Shown here: one piece after another, positions 34,966-45,700 of the stretch | How positions within the stretch are numbered: position 1 is the first letter of the stretch | Layout: every line of letters begins with the position of its first letter | Origin: a virus | Lineage: Duplodnaviria; Caudoviricetes | Direction: 5' to 3' (one strand) | Length of the DNA: 64,000 bases | IMG/VR virus record: IMGVR_UViG_3300020576_004709 | Span: 9,819-73,818 of that record | Made by a program: the position numbers and the translations under genes | Notes under the pieces: model-generated | Databases searched by the model: none | What the model was told of the DNA's origin: nothing | What the model saw: the letters and a program-made list of their open reading frames with translations, nothing else

Positions 34966-35925
34966 TTATTCGCCGGCCGCGCGGATCTTCGCGCTGACCT
35001 GGGTGGACGGCCCGGCCGTTGTATCGTAACCGACCGCGAGATTCAAATCCCACGGGATCGACGCCTTGCCCGGCACGCCCGGCTCGCGGAGTCCCTCGGC
35101 CACGGTGTACGGCGTGTCGAAGATGAGCGTGCGGCGGGTGGACGTCGCCCCGTAGTCGAGCGTGACGAGCGCCGCGACGACCGCCGCGTTGCGGTACAGG
35201 TCGAAGATCGCCGGCCCGACCTTCCACGGAAACCGCACGGCGAGGCGGATCGTCCGCGCGGCCGACGGGAACGCCGTCGGCGTGACGCTGTTCATGTACT
35301 GCGTGTCGATCGCGTACTGGAACGAGAGCGAGAAGTTGTAGATGTCGTAAGCGGTGCCGCCGACGGTGATTTGAAGCTGCGGGAAGATGAACGGCTTCCC
35401 GGCGGTCGGAATGACGAGTGCCGGCCAAGTGTACGGGTTGACGAGCGCGTCGCGGTCGGTGCCGACGGACTGGACCGACATCCGCAGCGGCTGGCGCTCG
35501 CTCGCCGTGAAGTTCGCGGACACCACCCGCTGCTGTCGGTACTTGTGGAGGTTCGAGTTGATGTAGGCGAAGACGTCGAAGCACGGCCGCGTCTCGGCCA
35601 TCAGGACCGTCTTGAGGCCGGTCGTCGGGCTTCCGAGCGCCCCGCCGAGGATGCGGGGAAGCCAGCGTTCGAGGTCGCCTCCGGTCGGCCGGCAGTTGAA
35701 ACCGCCCCGCGCGTTGCGGCTCATCTCGACGTACCGCTCGGTCGGCATCGCCTCCGTGCCCCGGATGCCGCTCGTGTCCTGGTTCTCGATTTCGAGGGTG
35801 TAATCCTGGTCGTCGTATTCGAGTTGCTCCGTCGGATCGGTCGGCGCGGAAACGGTGTCGCTCGCGGCGAAGCCGAGTTTCGTGTTGACGCCCTGGGTCG
35901 TGCGTTCCGGGTTGCAGTTCGCCAT
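34966..35925 (-). CDS. major tail tube protein
   Basis: Position and motif set: TKLGFAAS...TSGIRGT...ARGGFNCRP. Confidence 0.75.
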   Translation of the reverse strand: MANCNPERTTQGVNTKLGFAASDTVSAPTDPTEQLEYDDQDYTLEIENQDTSGIRGTEAMPTERYVEMSRNARGGFNCRPTGGDLERWLPRILGGALGSPTTGLKTVLMAETRPCFDVFAYINSNLHKYRQQRVVSANFTASERQPLRMSVQSVGTDRDALVNPYTWPALVIPTAGKPFIFPQLQITVGGTAYDIYNFSLSFQYAIDTQYMNSVTPTAFPSAARTIRLAVRFPWKVGPAIFDLYRNAAVVAALVTLDYGATSTRRTLIFDTPYTVAEGLREPGVPGKASIPWDLNLAVGYDTTAGPSTQVSAKIRAAGE

Positions 35926-35952
35926 CGTCGTTCCCCCGCCGCCTCGCGGCCG

Positions 35953-36660
35953 TTAGAATCCCCGCGACTGTTTTAGAGTACAGTCCACGGTGAAGCCCGA
36001 ACCGGTGAAAATTAGCTCGGTCCCGCTCTTCACCGACCGGTAGTTCTGGAAGATGTTCCCGCCGTTCGATCGGGTCCAGTGAATCGACGGGTTCGCCGGG
36101 TGCATCCAGTCGAACCCCCTCATCAGCACTTCGCGGAGGTACGAACACTGGTCGGCGACCGCCTGCTCGACGATCTCGCCCCGCACGCCGATCAAGACCT
36201 TCACCGCGTAGACGCGGTCGGTCCTGAGATTCGTGCCGTCCCCGGTGTCCCGGTCGTTCGCGTCCTCGGTGAATACCCAAATTGCCGGGTAGCTGCGCGA
36301 GATATCCTTCGGGTACGGTTCGCGGTAGACGCGGTCGCCGATGCCCGGCAAGTTCGCGCTCAGAATCGTTTGCCAGACGAGCGTCTGGCACTGCTTCAGG
36401 GTCGATCCGGCGGGGTCGATAACGTGCAGGTGCGTCGCGTCGGAGAGCGTCGCCCCGGACTGCGCGAAGACGACGTAGATTCCCGGCTCCATCGCCACCG
36501 GTCCGACGGTCCCGTCGCCCGCGAACGCGACGACGGTCGCCGGCGCGAGTTGGTGGAATCCGGCGGTCAGGCGGAACGCCTTTACGCTGCCCGCGCCCGG
36601 AGTCGCGGAAAGCGCGAACAGCACTTCGTCGTCTATGTTGAAATCGACGTCCAGCCGCAT
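35953..36660 (-). CDS. tail terminator/completion protein
   Basis: Position between the morphogenesis and tube genes; YPAIWV...YAVKVLI. Confidence 0.6.
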   Translation of the reverse strand: MRLDVDFNIDDEVLFALSATPGAGSVKAFRLTAGFHQLAPATVVAFAGDGTVGPVAMEPGIYVVFAQSGATLSDATHLHVIDPAGSTLKQCQTLVWQTILSANLPGIGDRVYREPYPKDISRSYPAIWVFTEDANDRDTGDGTNLRTDRVYAVKVLIGVRGEIVEQAVADQCSYLREVLMRGFDWMHPANPSIHWTRSNGGNIFQNYRSVKSGTELIFTGSGFTVDCTLKQSRGF

Positions 36661-36661
36661 T

Positions 36662-37306
36662 TCAATCTCCCTGCCAGATCCACGCAAGGCACCGCGCCCG
36701 GACGTGGACGGTGACGATTTCGACCGTGGTTTTCGAGAACCCGACGAACCGGCGGGACGGCACTTCGACCCGCTTCGTCATGTAGAACTGCACTTCGAGC
36801 AACGTGAGCTGAATCCGCGTCGGCCGGATTCCCTCGGGAACCGGGCCGATCAAGACCCCGCTGACGCCGCCCTTGCGAATCATCGGGATGAGGCGCCCGT
36901 CGAAGTTTCGCGGACTCTTCGCCCGCTTCGCCTCCACCGTGGCCGGGATGCACAGGAACTTCGCGTTCACCGGCACCACGACCCCGCCGTAGTGCAACAG
37001 CCTGGCCCCGATCCGGTTCGTCCCGACCGTCAGCGACGTCGCGTTGGCCACCGCGACGATCGACGCCATCAGCCGGCCGGTATCGCGGAGGGCCTCGCCG
37101 AGTTCGGCTTCGCCCGGCCGCTTGAACTTCAACCTCGGCCACGGATCGCCGTCCGGCGTCTTCTGCTCGACGAAGCACTGTTTCACGCCGGCCACCGCGA
37201 CCGGCTCGCATTCCTTGAGGGCCTCGGCCATGACGTTGGCCATGCGGCCCCGGTCGGCCAGACGGCGACAGGCCCGCGCGAGTTGCTGGAACGTGAGGGC
37301 CGCCAT
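36662..37306 (-). CDS. virion morphogenesis protein (Mu gpG-like)
   Basis: FVEQKTPDGDPWPRL...LRDTGRLMASI...VGTN...LHYGG...VPSRRFVGFS. Confidence 0.9.
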   Translation of the reverse strand: MAALTFQQLARACRRLADRGRMANVMAEALKECEPVAVAGVKQCFVEQKTPDGDPWPRLKFKRPGEAELGEALRDTGRLMASIVAVANATSLTVGTNRIGARLLHYGGVVVPVNAKFLCIPATVEAKRAKSPRNFDGRLIPMIRKGGVSGVLIGPVPEGIRPTRIQLTLLEVQFYMTKRVEVPSRRFVGFSKTTVEIVTVHVRARCLAWIWQGD

Positions 37307-37324
37307 CGCCCGCCCCCGTCGAGT

Positions 37325-37837
37325 TCAATAGGTGGTGTCGGTCCGGGTCGGCCATTCCGATTGGTTGAACCGGCCGCCGTTGATGCGGCTGTTGCCGCGG
37401 CGGTCGATGCCGTCGACGCCGTCGTCGTCTTCCTCGGCGAGCGAGTCGGGCTTCAACTGGTTGCCGGACGAGTCCGTCGGCCACCAGTCCTTGTCCTTGA
37501 ACTTCTCGATGTGGTTGAAGGACTGCGGCTTGGCCTCGGCCGTGATCGCCGAGAGCACAGTAACCTGCTCGAACGTGCGGAAAATCGACTGCTGGATGTA
37601 GACGGCCTTCCGCGCGTGCCACTCGCCGAGCTTCGAGAGGTTCAGGCCCCGGTTGCCGCCGGCGAGGTAGCCCATGATGTCGTCCGTCGCGGTCGCCATG
37701 CCGAACGTCACGGCCGCGATCAACCGGCCCGCGTCCTCGGAACGCAAATCGACGTTGCGCTCCTTGAGGATGACGAGCAGTTGGTCGCGAACCTCGTCTT
37801 CCGTCGCCCACGGCAAGAGGTTGAATGTGATCGGCAT
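37325..37837 (-). CDS. head-tail adaptor (Mu gp36/DUF1320-like)
   Basis: WATEDEV...ATDDIMGYLAG; position. Confidence 0.6.
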   Translation of the reverse strand: MPITFNLLPWATEDEVRDQLLVILKERNVDLRSEDAGRLIAAVTFGMATATDDIMGYLAGGNRGLNLSKLGEWHARKAVYIQQSIFRTFEQVTVLSAITAEAKPQSFNHIEKFKDKDWWPTDSSGNQLKPDSLAEEDDDGVDGIDRRGNSRINGGRFNQSEWPTRTDTTY

Positions 37838-37872
37838 GGCTTCCCCCGACTCCTAGTGATGGAACCCGGCCG

Positions 37873-38325
37873 TCACGGCGCGGGCGGCGCGTCCGGCGCG
37901 GGCGGTTCGACCGGCGGGACCGGTGCCGGCTTGGTCAGGTTCTCGATCTGCAAGTCCTGCTCGTCGACGATTCCCTTCAACCGGGCGATCTCCTTCGTCT
38001 TGTCGCCGCACTCCTTCGAGAGCGCGTCGTTGCTGGTGCGGAGCGCCGCCGCCTCCTCTTCGAGGAGCTTCGCCCGCGCCAGCAGGGCCGCGTTTTCGGT
38101 CTGCGCGTCCTTCATCTGCGTGAAGAGCACCGCGTTCTGCGGGATGATCTGCGGGGCGGTCTCGTCGATCGTCACGTTGACCGGGTCGCTCGTCCACTGG
38201 AACGTGCCGATGCGGAGGTTGTCTTCGAGTTTGCCGTCGAAGTTCGCGACGGCCTCGGGGATGATCGTGCCGTGGGGGAACTTCCCGAACGCGCCGATCA
38301 TGACTTTCAGGTTCTTCGCGGCCAT
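37873..38325 (-). CDS. hypothetical protein after the capsid gene
   Basis: Small N-terminal domain, coiled coil and Pro-rich tail. Confidence 0.7.
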   Translation of the reverse strand: MAAKNLKVMIGAFGKFPHGTIIPEAVANFDGKLEDNLRIGTFQWTSDPVNVTIDETAPQIIPQNAVLFTQMKDAQTENAALLARAKLLEEEAAALRTSNDALSKECGDKTKEIARLKGIVDEQDLQIENLTKPAPVPPVEPPAPDAPPAP

Positions 38326-38348
38326 TCAAACACCTGGGTTGGGAACGG

Positions 38349-38375
38349 AAAAAGCCCCGGCCTTTGCCGGGGCTT
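38349..38375 (-). terminator. terminator after the major capsid gene
   Basis: AAGCCCCGGC/GCCGGGGCTT followed by a T-run on the minus strand. Confidence 0.75.
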
Positions 38376-38392
38376 ACGGAACAGCATAGCCA

Positions 38393-39490
38393 TCACGTCC
38401 AAGTAATCGAGGCGTGGCCCTCGGGGTGAATCGGAGCCGGCCCGCCGTTGAACCCGACGTCGCCGATAACCTGCGGCGGCATCAACCGGTACTGGACGAG
38501 GGTGTACATCCCGGACGAGATCGCGTTCTTGTTCGCGTACTCGTCCGTCCGGCTGTCGATGCCGCCGCCCGGCAGCGCCTCCTTCGCCATCGAGCGGGTG
38601 AACTGCCACTGGCCGAGCGGCTCGCCGTCCTTGCGCTTGCCCGCCCAAATGACGCGCCGGGTCGTCAACTGCCGCACCCAATTCGCCGGGTCGCGGGAGA
38701 GCGCCTTCGTCGGGTAGTAACCGGCGTCGTAAAGCTCGATCTGCGGGAGATCGTAGCTGCCGAGAAGCTGGTTCACCTTCTTGAGGCCGTTGACCGTGTC
38801 CCCGCCGTCGATCCGAATCTTGTTGGAGATCTGGTCGATCTTGAGGAACTCCGCGAGCGAGAGTTCGTTCATGTACAGCTTCGATTCCGGTCCGAAGTTG
38901 GTCGACCGGCCGGCCTGGAGTTGGGCCTTCCACGTCAGCAGGTCGAAGATCGGCACCGCCGTCGCCGCCGTGCTCCAAGTGATCGTCGGCACGAACTTCT
39001 GGCGGGTCGAGTAGTTCTCGATCGTGTCGCCGTAGGTCACGCTCCCGTCCGCCGAGCGGGCGATGAACGTCCCGTCGAGCATGAGGCTGATGATGATGTC
39101 GCGGATCTCCACGACCGTCTGGCCGAGCAGGTTGCCCATGCCGAGCATGACGAGCGTCGAGATCCCCATCGGGTCGCTGGCCGTGCCCGGCTGGCGCTGT
39201 TCGAGCATCTGCTTCTCGGTCAGGACGAACCGAGACCCGAAGAGGCCGGGGTCCATCGAGAACCGCTTGTAGCCGGGGATCGGAGTGACCGTCGGCTCGC
39301 CGTCGAGTCCGCGCAGTTCCATCTTCCCGAACGGGTTTTCCTGTTGCTCCCAAATCACCGAGAATTCCTTCTGGTAGGTCGAAGGAAAGAGTTGGATGAT
39401 CGGGTCGCTTTCCATCTCGGCCTGGAGGAGTTCCGCCGCGACGAGTTGCGTCGAGAAGCTCCGCGTCAGGTTCAGGGTTTCGGCCGGCAT
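38393..39490 (-). CDS. major capsid protein (lambda gpE-like)
   Basis: IIQLFPS...SVIWEQ...ELRGLDGEP...TWSTAATAVPIFDL...IELYDAGY; follows decoration gene, followed by terminator. Confidence 0.85.
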   Translation of the reverse strand: MPAETLNLTRSFSTQLVAAELLQAEMESDPIIQLFPSTYQKEFSVIWEQQENPFGKMELRGLDGEPTVTPIPGYKRFSMDPGLFGSRFVLTEKQMLEQRQPGTASDPMGISTLVMLGMGNLLGQTVVEIRDIIISLMLDGTFIARSADGSVTYGDTIENYSTRQKFVPTITWSTAATAVPIFDLLTWKAQLQAGRSTNFGPESKLYMNELSLAEFLKIDQISNKIRIDGGDTVNGLKKVNQLLGSYDLPQIELYDAGYYPTKALSRDPANWVRQLTTRRVIWAGKRKDGEPLGQWQFTRSMAKEALPGGGIDSRTDEYANKNAISSGMYTLVQYRLMPPQVIGDVGFNGGPAPIHPEGHASITWT

Positions 39491-39558
39491 GATTTCACCT
39501 TCGAGTTATGTGATTGAGAAACGGCACCTGGGATTTACTGCACCGACACCGGCCCGAA

Positions 39559-40350
39559 TCACACCCCGACGTGAATCCACCCTTCCGCGTCCGTCACGGC
39601 GGTCCCGCTGACGATCTTGCCGAGTCCGTTCGTGATCGCGGTCGCGTCGAGTCCGGTCAGTTGGGAGCACTTGTAGTAGCCGTCGATCGCGACCGGCGAG
39701 TTGTACGGCTGCTGGATGCCGCCCCGCTGGTCCACGAGCGCGTTCCCGCCGACCGAATTCGTCAGCGTGTTGTAGCAGTTGACCGCGCGGGGGTTCTCGC
39801 TGCCGTTGGAGTTGCCCGAGGCGTAGACGTCGAGTTGCGCACCGGCACCCGCGCGGCCCGGCGTGGTGTACGCGATCGTCGTCGTCGGCGTCGTGCCGGC
39901 GGTGTACGTCGAACTGACGGTGTAGAGGCCGCCGATGAGCCGGTTGGCCAAGATGCCGGTGTACGTCACCGCGTAGGCCCACGGGCCGGTGCCGGTCCGC
40001 GCGACCGTCACGTTGCCGACGCCGTGGATGGCCTCGAGCGCGGTTTGCATTTCGGCGGCCGTCGGGATGGTCGTGACGAGGTTGGCCGTGATGCCCTGGT
40101 AGACGCGGTCGCCGTACCATGTGATCGTGGTCTTGGCCCCGGTCGGCTGCGCCGCGCCGTCGATGGTGATGGTGTTGACGTGATTCCGGGCCGCGCCGGA
40201 GACCCAACCGAGCAGCGTGCCCTTGAGGATGACGCCGCCGACCAAGTGAACGCCGCCGACGGGGAGAACCCCCGACTTGCGGATTTCGAGTTCCGGCCGG
40301 ATGATCGGTTCGAGCTTTTCTTGGTCGAAGTAAGTGTTCGGACCCGCCAT
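39559..40350 (-). CDS. head decoration protein with an inserted domain
   Basis: ILKGTLLG...VYASGNSNGSENPRAV...GYYKCSQLTGLD; insert AAEMQTALEAIHGVGNVTV. Confidence 0.75.
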   Translation of the reverse strand: MAGPNTYFDQEKLEPIIRPELEIRKSGVLPVGGVHLVGGVILKGTLLGWVSGAARNHVNTITIDGAAQPTGAKTTITWYGDRVYQGITANLVTTIPTAAEMQTALEAIHGVGNVTVARTGTGPWAYAVTYTGILANRLIGGLYTVSSTYTAGTTPTTTIAYTTPGRAGAGAQLDVYASGNSNGSENPRAVNCYNTLTNSVGGNALVDQRGGIQQPYNSPVAIDGYYKCSQLTGLDATAITNGLGKIVSGTAVTDAEGWIHVGV

Positions 40351-40452
40351 GATGTTCGCCCCTGAAGTTGTTTCAGAAGGCGCGTTCGCGTTGCCTGGTG
40401 TTTTGTCGGTGTGCCCCGCGGCCCCGTCCTATATCGCGTCCGGTTTCCCGGT

Positions 40453-41853
40453 TCAGTTCGCGCCCGCCGTCTGCTTGGCCAACCGCGCCTCGCGCAGCCG
40501 CATCGCGTGCCGGCCCTGCGAGGTCTTGCTGAGGAGGTCGTCGGCCGTCATTTGGAACGGGAGATCCTCGTTGGTGGCGTTCAACTCGCCCGTCCCGTCG
40601 GCGTTGGTCTGGTTGGCCGGCGGCGCGGTCGGGAAGATGCGGTTGCCGAACCCACGATCGGGCAGGCTCATCACGAGCTTCTTGCCGTCCTCGAACTTCG
40701 CCGGGTCCGAGAGCATGTTTTCCCACGTCTCGCGGTGTTGGTTGCCGCCGATGCGGGCCTTGACCGCCGTCGAGTCGAGGAACGTCCGCACGTTCGTCAG
40801 GTGCGCGGCCTTCGCGTCGCTGTCGGCCTTCTTCTTCTGGTCGGCGAGCATCGTGTCGAACCGGCTGATGATGCCGTTCTGCTTCCGCACCACGTTGACG
40901 AGCGCCTTCTGCCGCGTCGCGAGGTCGGTGAACGCCTTCACGCCGGCCGCCGGCATCCCGGCCATCGCGTTCGGGTCGACGTCCATGCCGTCCGGCGGGA
41001 GTTCGTCCATCATGTTGATGGGTTGGTCCGACGGCATGGCCGGCGCGCCCTCGGCCGGCGGTGGCGGCGCGTCGGTCGGGGCGGGACCGCCCCCCATGAC
41101 GCCTTGCAGGATGGTCACGACCTGTTGCAGGGCCGCTTGAATCTTCGGGTCCATTTTCAAAATCTCCACGGGTACGCTGCCGTAGGCAGCTTGGTCAGAA
41201 AACGCACGCACCGGCCTCGGCGGCTTCGGTTGCCCCCGGACGCTCGGCGGTTCGCCGCCACACAGCGTAACGGCTCGCATGATGATCCCCCACGCCTGGC
41301 CGTTCGGCCGGCGCGGGAACCCCGCCTTCGTCTCGATCTCTTCCCGGTAGGTATCCCAAAACTCCACCGATGCCTGGTCGAACAGCAGGGTATCGAGGGC
41401 GATCGCCGTCGGGTGGTTCACGGCCAGCGTGACCCACATCCAAGCGCCGTCCCAACCGCAATCGACGACCCAACCGAGAACGAACCCGTTGTCGTGCTTG
41501 AGCGTGACGCGGGGAACGTGGTAGGGCGTCTCGCTGTTGATCGGCTGCGTGAACTGGTGGAAGTTCCGAACCATGTCCTCGCAGTCTTTCGCCGTCCACT
41601 CGCTCGTGCCGTCTTCGTTTGGCCCGCCGTTCCACGGTCCGGGGCAGAAGATCGCCCACTTCTCCACGAGGTAGACGGCGCGGTCGAGCGCCGGGTCGTC
41701 GCTGTCGTCGCCAAAAGTGTCGGTGAGCCGCGGGTTCGAGGAGTCCTTCCGCCGCACCGAATCGACGAGCCGGAGCGCGTCGAGATCCTCGGTTTTCAGC
41801 GGCCGGATCTGCGACGGCCGGCGGATTTTCAGGGTTTGAAGGGAGGCGACCAT
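40453..41853 (-). CDS. Mu-like prohead protease/scaffold
   Basis: WAIFCPGPWNG...VTLKHDNGFVLGWV...QASVEF...RAVTLCGGEPPSVRG, then low-complexity coiled-coil scaffold. Confidence 0.8.
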   Translation of the reverse strand: MVASLQTLKIRRPSQIRPLKTEDLDALRLVDSVRRKDSSNPRLTDTFGDDSDDPALDRAVYLVEKWAIFCPGPWNGGPNEDGTSEWTAKDCEDMVRNFHQFTQPINSETPYHVPRVTLKHDNGFVLGWVVDCGWDGAWMWVTLAVNHPTAIALDTLLFDQASVEFWDTYREEIETKAGFPRRPNGQAWGIIMRAVTLCGGEPPSVRGQPKPPRPVRAFSDQAAYGSVPVEILKMDPKIQAALQQVVTILQGVMGGGPAPTDAPPPPAEGAPAMPSDQPINMMDELPPDGMDVDPNAMAGMPAAGVKAFTDLATRQKALVNVVRKQNGIISRFDTMLADQKKKADSDAKAAHLTNVRTFLDSTAVKARIGGNQHRETWENMLSDPAKFEDGKKLVMSLPDRGFGNRIFPTAPPANQTNADGTGELNATNEDLPFQMTADDLLSKTSQGRHAMRLREARLAKQTAGAN

Positions 41854-41894
41854 GTTTTACTCTTGGAACTTAATCTAATTTGGGCAAGCCCGTC

Positions 41895-42797
41895 TCACCA
41901 TGCAAGGGGAATCTCGCCCGTCCGTTGAAGTTCCCGCTTGCCGGGCGCGAGACGGTTCCAAATCAACTTGTGGATCGGCGTCCAGTTGCACCGGCAGTTG
42001 CACACGTCCTTCGCTTCGAGTCCCCGCACGACGACGAACGGCGTCGAGATCGGGTAGTACAGCCCGTCCTTCTCGCGGTGCCACGGCCGGGTGCGCTCGT
42101 CGCGGATCGCGTGGTATTGCCACGCGGGGAACTCGGCCCGCATCCCGCTCGCGTTCAACTCGTCCTGCTGCCCACGGTTGAGCGCGTCCATGACGTTCGT
42201 GCGCACGACCATCTGCGAGTATTGCGAGTGCAGGGGCGAAATGCCCGCGTCCTTGAGGATGCCTTCGACCGTCAGCGTGGCATCCTGGCCGCCGACCAGC
42301 TCGTTCGCGATGGCCTGCTGGATCTTCTTCGTGACGACGTCCTCCGTCGTGACCGCGACGTTGAACACTTCCCGCTGGATCCCCTGCGCGTAGTTGTTCG
42401 GGTTCTGCCCGACGCGCGGCACGAGCGAGGAGAAGTACCGGATGGCCGCGTGCGGTTTCAGCGGCCGCAACTCGGCGACCGCCTCGGCGAACTCCGGCAA
42501 CGTCACGTTCCCGGTCGAACCGTAGAAGCGGGTTCGCCCGACGAGGTCGCTCGGCACGATGACGGCCTCGACGACTTCGTTGAGCGCCGCCCGATCCTTC
42601 GCGTCGAAGATCCAGCCGAGGTTCCGAAGCACCTGGCCGGACGCGACCCGCTTCTTCAAGGCGCCTTCGACGATCGTGCTCAGCGCGATCGACCCGAACG
42701 CGACTGCCTCGGCCAGCCAGTCGGCGATCGACCGGCCGCCGGGTCCGGGCACGGTCTCGGGGTTCGGCGCGTCGGGCGGTCCTGCGTACTCGTTCAC
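41895..42797 (-). CDS. MuF / SPP1 gp7-like minor head protein
   Basis: VVRTNVMDALNRG...WQYHAIRDERTRPWH...CNCRCNW; GTG overlaps the stop of the giant ORF. Confidence 0.9.
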   Translation of the reverse strand: MNEYAGPPDAPNPETVPGPGGRSIADWLAEAVAFGSIALSTIVEGALKKRVASGQVLRNLGWIFDAKDRAALNEVVEAVIVPSDLVGRTRFYGSTGNVTLPEFAEAVAELRPLKPHAAIRYFSSLVPRVGQNPNNYAQGIQREVFNVAVTTEDVVTKKIQQAIANELVGGQDATLTVEGILKDAGISPLHSQYSQMVVRTNVMDALNRGQQDELNASGMRAEFPAWQYHAIRDERTRPWHREKDGLYYPISTPFVVVRGLEAKDVCNCRCNWTPIHKLIWNRLAPGKRELQRTGEIPLAW

Positions 42798-45700
42798 TTC
42801 GATTTCTCCGCTTCGGGGGTTCCTTCGGCCGGCTTCTTGTTCTCGCCCTTCAACTCCTCTTCGAGCTTCTTGAGGGCCTCCATCTTCTGCTTCAACTCGG
42901 CGGCCTTCGGGAACTCCTTGCCGATGCCCGCCTTCGTCCGTGCGATGTCGGCCTTCGCGCGGGCGATGTCGTCCTTCGCGGCGTCCGCGCCCTTCTGCAA
43001 GTTCCGGGCGACGTACTCGATCGACTTCAACGACTCGCCGACACCGAACCGGCTGTCGTGGTGTTTCGATTCGAGGTAGAGCTTTTCGCCCCGCCGCATG
43101 AGTTGGAGTCCCTTGAACTGCCCGACCCGCACGCCGATCCCGTAGGGGTCCTGCACGTCCTTCAACGCCTGTTCGAGGGCCTTTTCCGCCTCGGGCCGAT
43201 CGGCGTAGTCCTGGCCGTTCAGGTGGATCTTGAAATCGACGTGCTTCTCCATGTCCCCCGCGTCCTTCGCGAGGTTCTCGGCATGGCGCTCGAGCATCGG
43301 CAAGTTCCGCTCGCCAGACGCGACCGCCGCCTTGAGCTTGTACTGTTCCGAATCGTGGCGCTTCCGACCCGCGTGCAGGTTCTTCAAGTCCTCGTCGAGC
43401 TGGACCTTTTGCAGGACGCGGGGGTCGCCCGACGCGGCGGCCATCAACTGCTCGGGGGTGAGCTGCGCCGCGTCCTCTTCGCCCACGGCCCGCTGCGTCG
43501 TCCCGCCCGGCGTCATGACCTGTTTCACGAACCGGAGCTTGTTGCCGATGATCTGCCAGAACGTCCGGTCGAGACTGCCTTCCGTGACGTAGCTGACGAT
43601 CTTCACCTGCTGCTCGTGCGCGGCCTTCGAGGGGTCGTTCATGTTCCCCTGACGCCATGCCCGCCCGTTCCGCTGCTCGACGCTCGCCGGGGTCCACGGC
43701 ACGTCCAAGTGGTGCAGCGCGTACAGCTTGTCCTGGACGTTGACCCCGGTGCCCATCTTCTTCGAACTGCCGATGGCGACGAGGATCTTGCCTTCCCGCA
43801 TCGCCTGCATCGCGTTTTCCTTCTTCTCGCCGGCGAGCTTGGAGAAGTCCGCGATCTTCTCGCGCGGGATGCCGCCCTTGACGAGCTTCTCGATGATGTC
43901 GCCGTAGAGGTTGAAGGAGTTCCCCGCGTTCACGTCCCCTTCCTCGCCCGGCTTGTCGTACACGTCGGCGAGGCCGAGGTTGTCGTCGTCCCCGCCCTTC
44001 TCGCCAATGTCGTTGACCCCGATGTCGGAGAAGATCATTTGCGTCCGGCCCGGATGTTCCTTGTTGATCTTCAAGACGTTGCGGACCGCGAGGTTCGTCT
44101 TGCTGTCCGGGTGGTCGACCGCGTTGGGATCGAGGAGCCGCATGTCGAGCGCCCCCTTCCGCCCGTCCGTGCAGATGACGAGCATGTTGTCCTTACCGCC
44201 CCGCTTCAAGTTCTGGGCGCGGGTTTGGAGGCTGTCCATCAGGCGGGCGATCTCCGGCGTCTTCGGCGCGGTCTCGTAGGAGTCCTCGCGCTTCGGCCGG
44301 ATGAGGGACGCCGAGCCGTCGGGGTTCTTCATCGCGTCGGCCCGCTGGATGTCCAGCATTTGCCGGCTCATCTGCATGAGTTCCGGGATGTTGGTGAACT
44401 TCGCGAAGCGGGATACCGGCTTGTAGTCGCCGGCGACGGTGAACTCCATCTTCGTCTGCACGTCGCCGAAGGTGGACGCCCACGCATCGAACGTGTGCAG
44501 CCCGCGTTCCTTCAACTCCTGCGGTTGGAGGTAGCGCTGCATGTTGTAGAGTTCGGCCATCGTGTTATCGACCGGGGTGCCCGTCGCGAACACGACCCCC
44601 CGGCCGCCGTTGTTCTCCATCAACCACTTCGTGCGCATGTACATGGCCGTGGCCTTCGCGCTGCGGCCGGTCGGAACCCCCTTCAAGCCCTGCTGCTTCG
44701 TGTAGCACGGCAGCGACTTGTAGTTGTGGGCCTCGTCCACGAAGATGTGGTCGATGCCGGTCTCTTCGAAGAACACGGCGTCGTCCTTGCGGCTCGGGTC
44801 GAGCGCCTCTTGGAGCTTGGCCTCGAGGTTCTTCTTGGCGTTCTCCAGCGACGTCTGTGCCCGGCTCTGTTTGCCCTTCGGCTCGTTCGCCATCATTTCG
44901 GACCGCACGGCTTCGAGTTCCTTCAACTCGTCGCGAATGTGTTCGGCGACGGTCTCCGGCTTCATTTGGAGCATGTCGAGGTTGTCGTGCGTCATGATGA
45001 CCATGTCGTAATCGCCGGTCGCGATTTGGCTGATCGTCTTCTTCCGGTTCGCCTTGTCGAAGTTGTCCACGGTCGAGAGGATCTTGGCCCCCGGATACAG
45101 GTGTTGCAACTCGCGCGTCACCTGCTCGATGTTCGCCTTGAGGCACGCGATGGCCGGCTTCTTCGCGAGGCCGAGCCTGCGGAGTTCCATCGCGGCCGCA
45201 CCCATCGTATAAGTTTTCCCGGTCCCGACTTCGTGGCCGAGTAGCCCCTTGCCCGTCGTCACGACTTGCCACACCGCGTTCGCCTGGTGGTCGCGCAGCT
45301 TCACGCCGGGGTTCATGCCGGGGAATTGCAGGTGTTGGCCGTTGTACTTCATCGGCACGACGTTGTTGAAGTTGTCGTTGTAGTGCCGGTGCAGTCGGTC
45401 CCGGCGCTCGTCGTCGGTCCACAGCCATTCCTTGAACTTGTCCTTGATCTCCTGAATCTTGGCGTTCGCGTTGTCGGTCTCTTCCCGGTTCACGACGGTC
45501 GATCCGTCCGAAATCTTGTCGGTGACGCGCACGCTCGTGTTGTTCAGCGCGGCCTCGAACAGTTCGTCGAACGACTTGCGGGGCGTGGCCCAAACCTCCG
45601 TCGCGGTCTTGGTGTTGGCGACGTACCGCTTGCCCTCGTTCGAGTAGTTCGCGATCCACGCGCCGGAGTGCGGCAAGTAGCTGATCTTGAAGTGGTGGTT

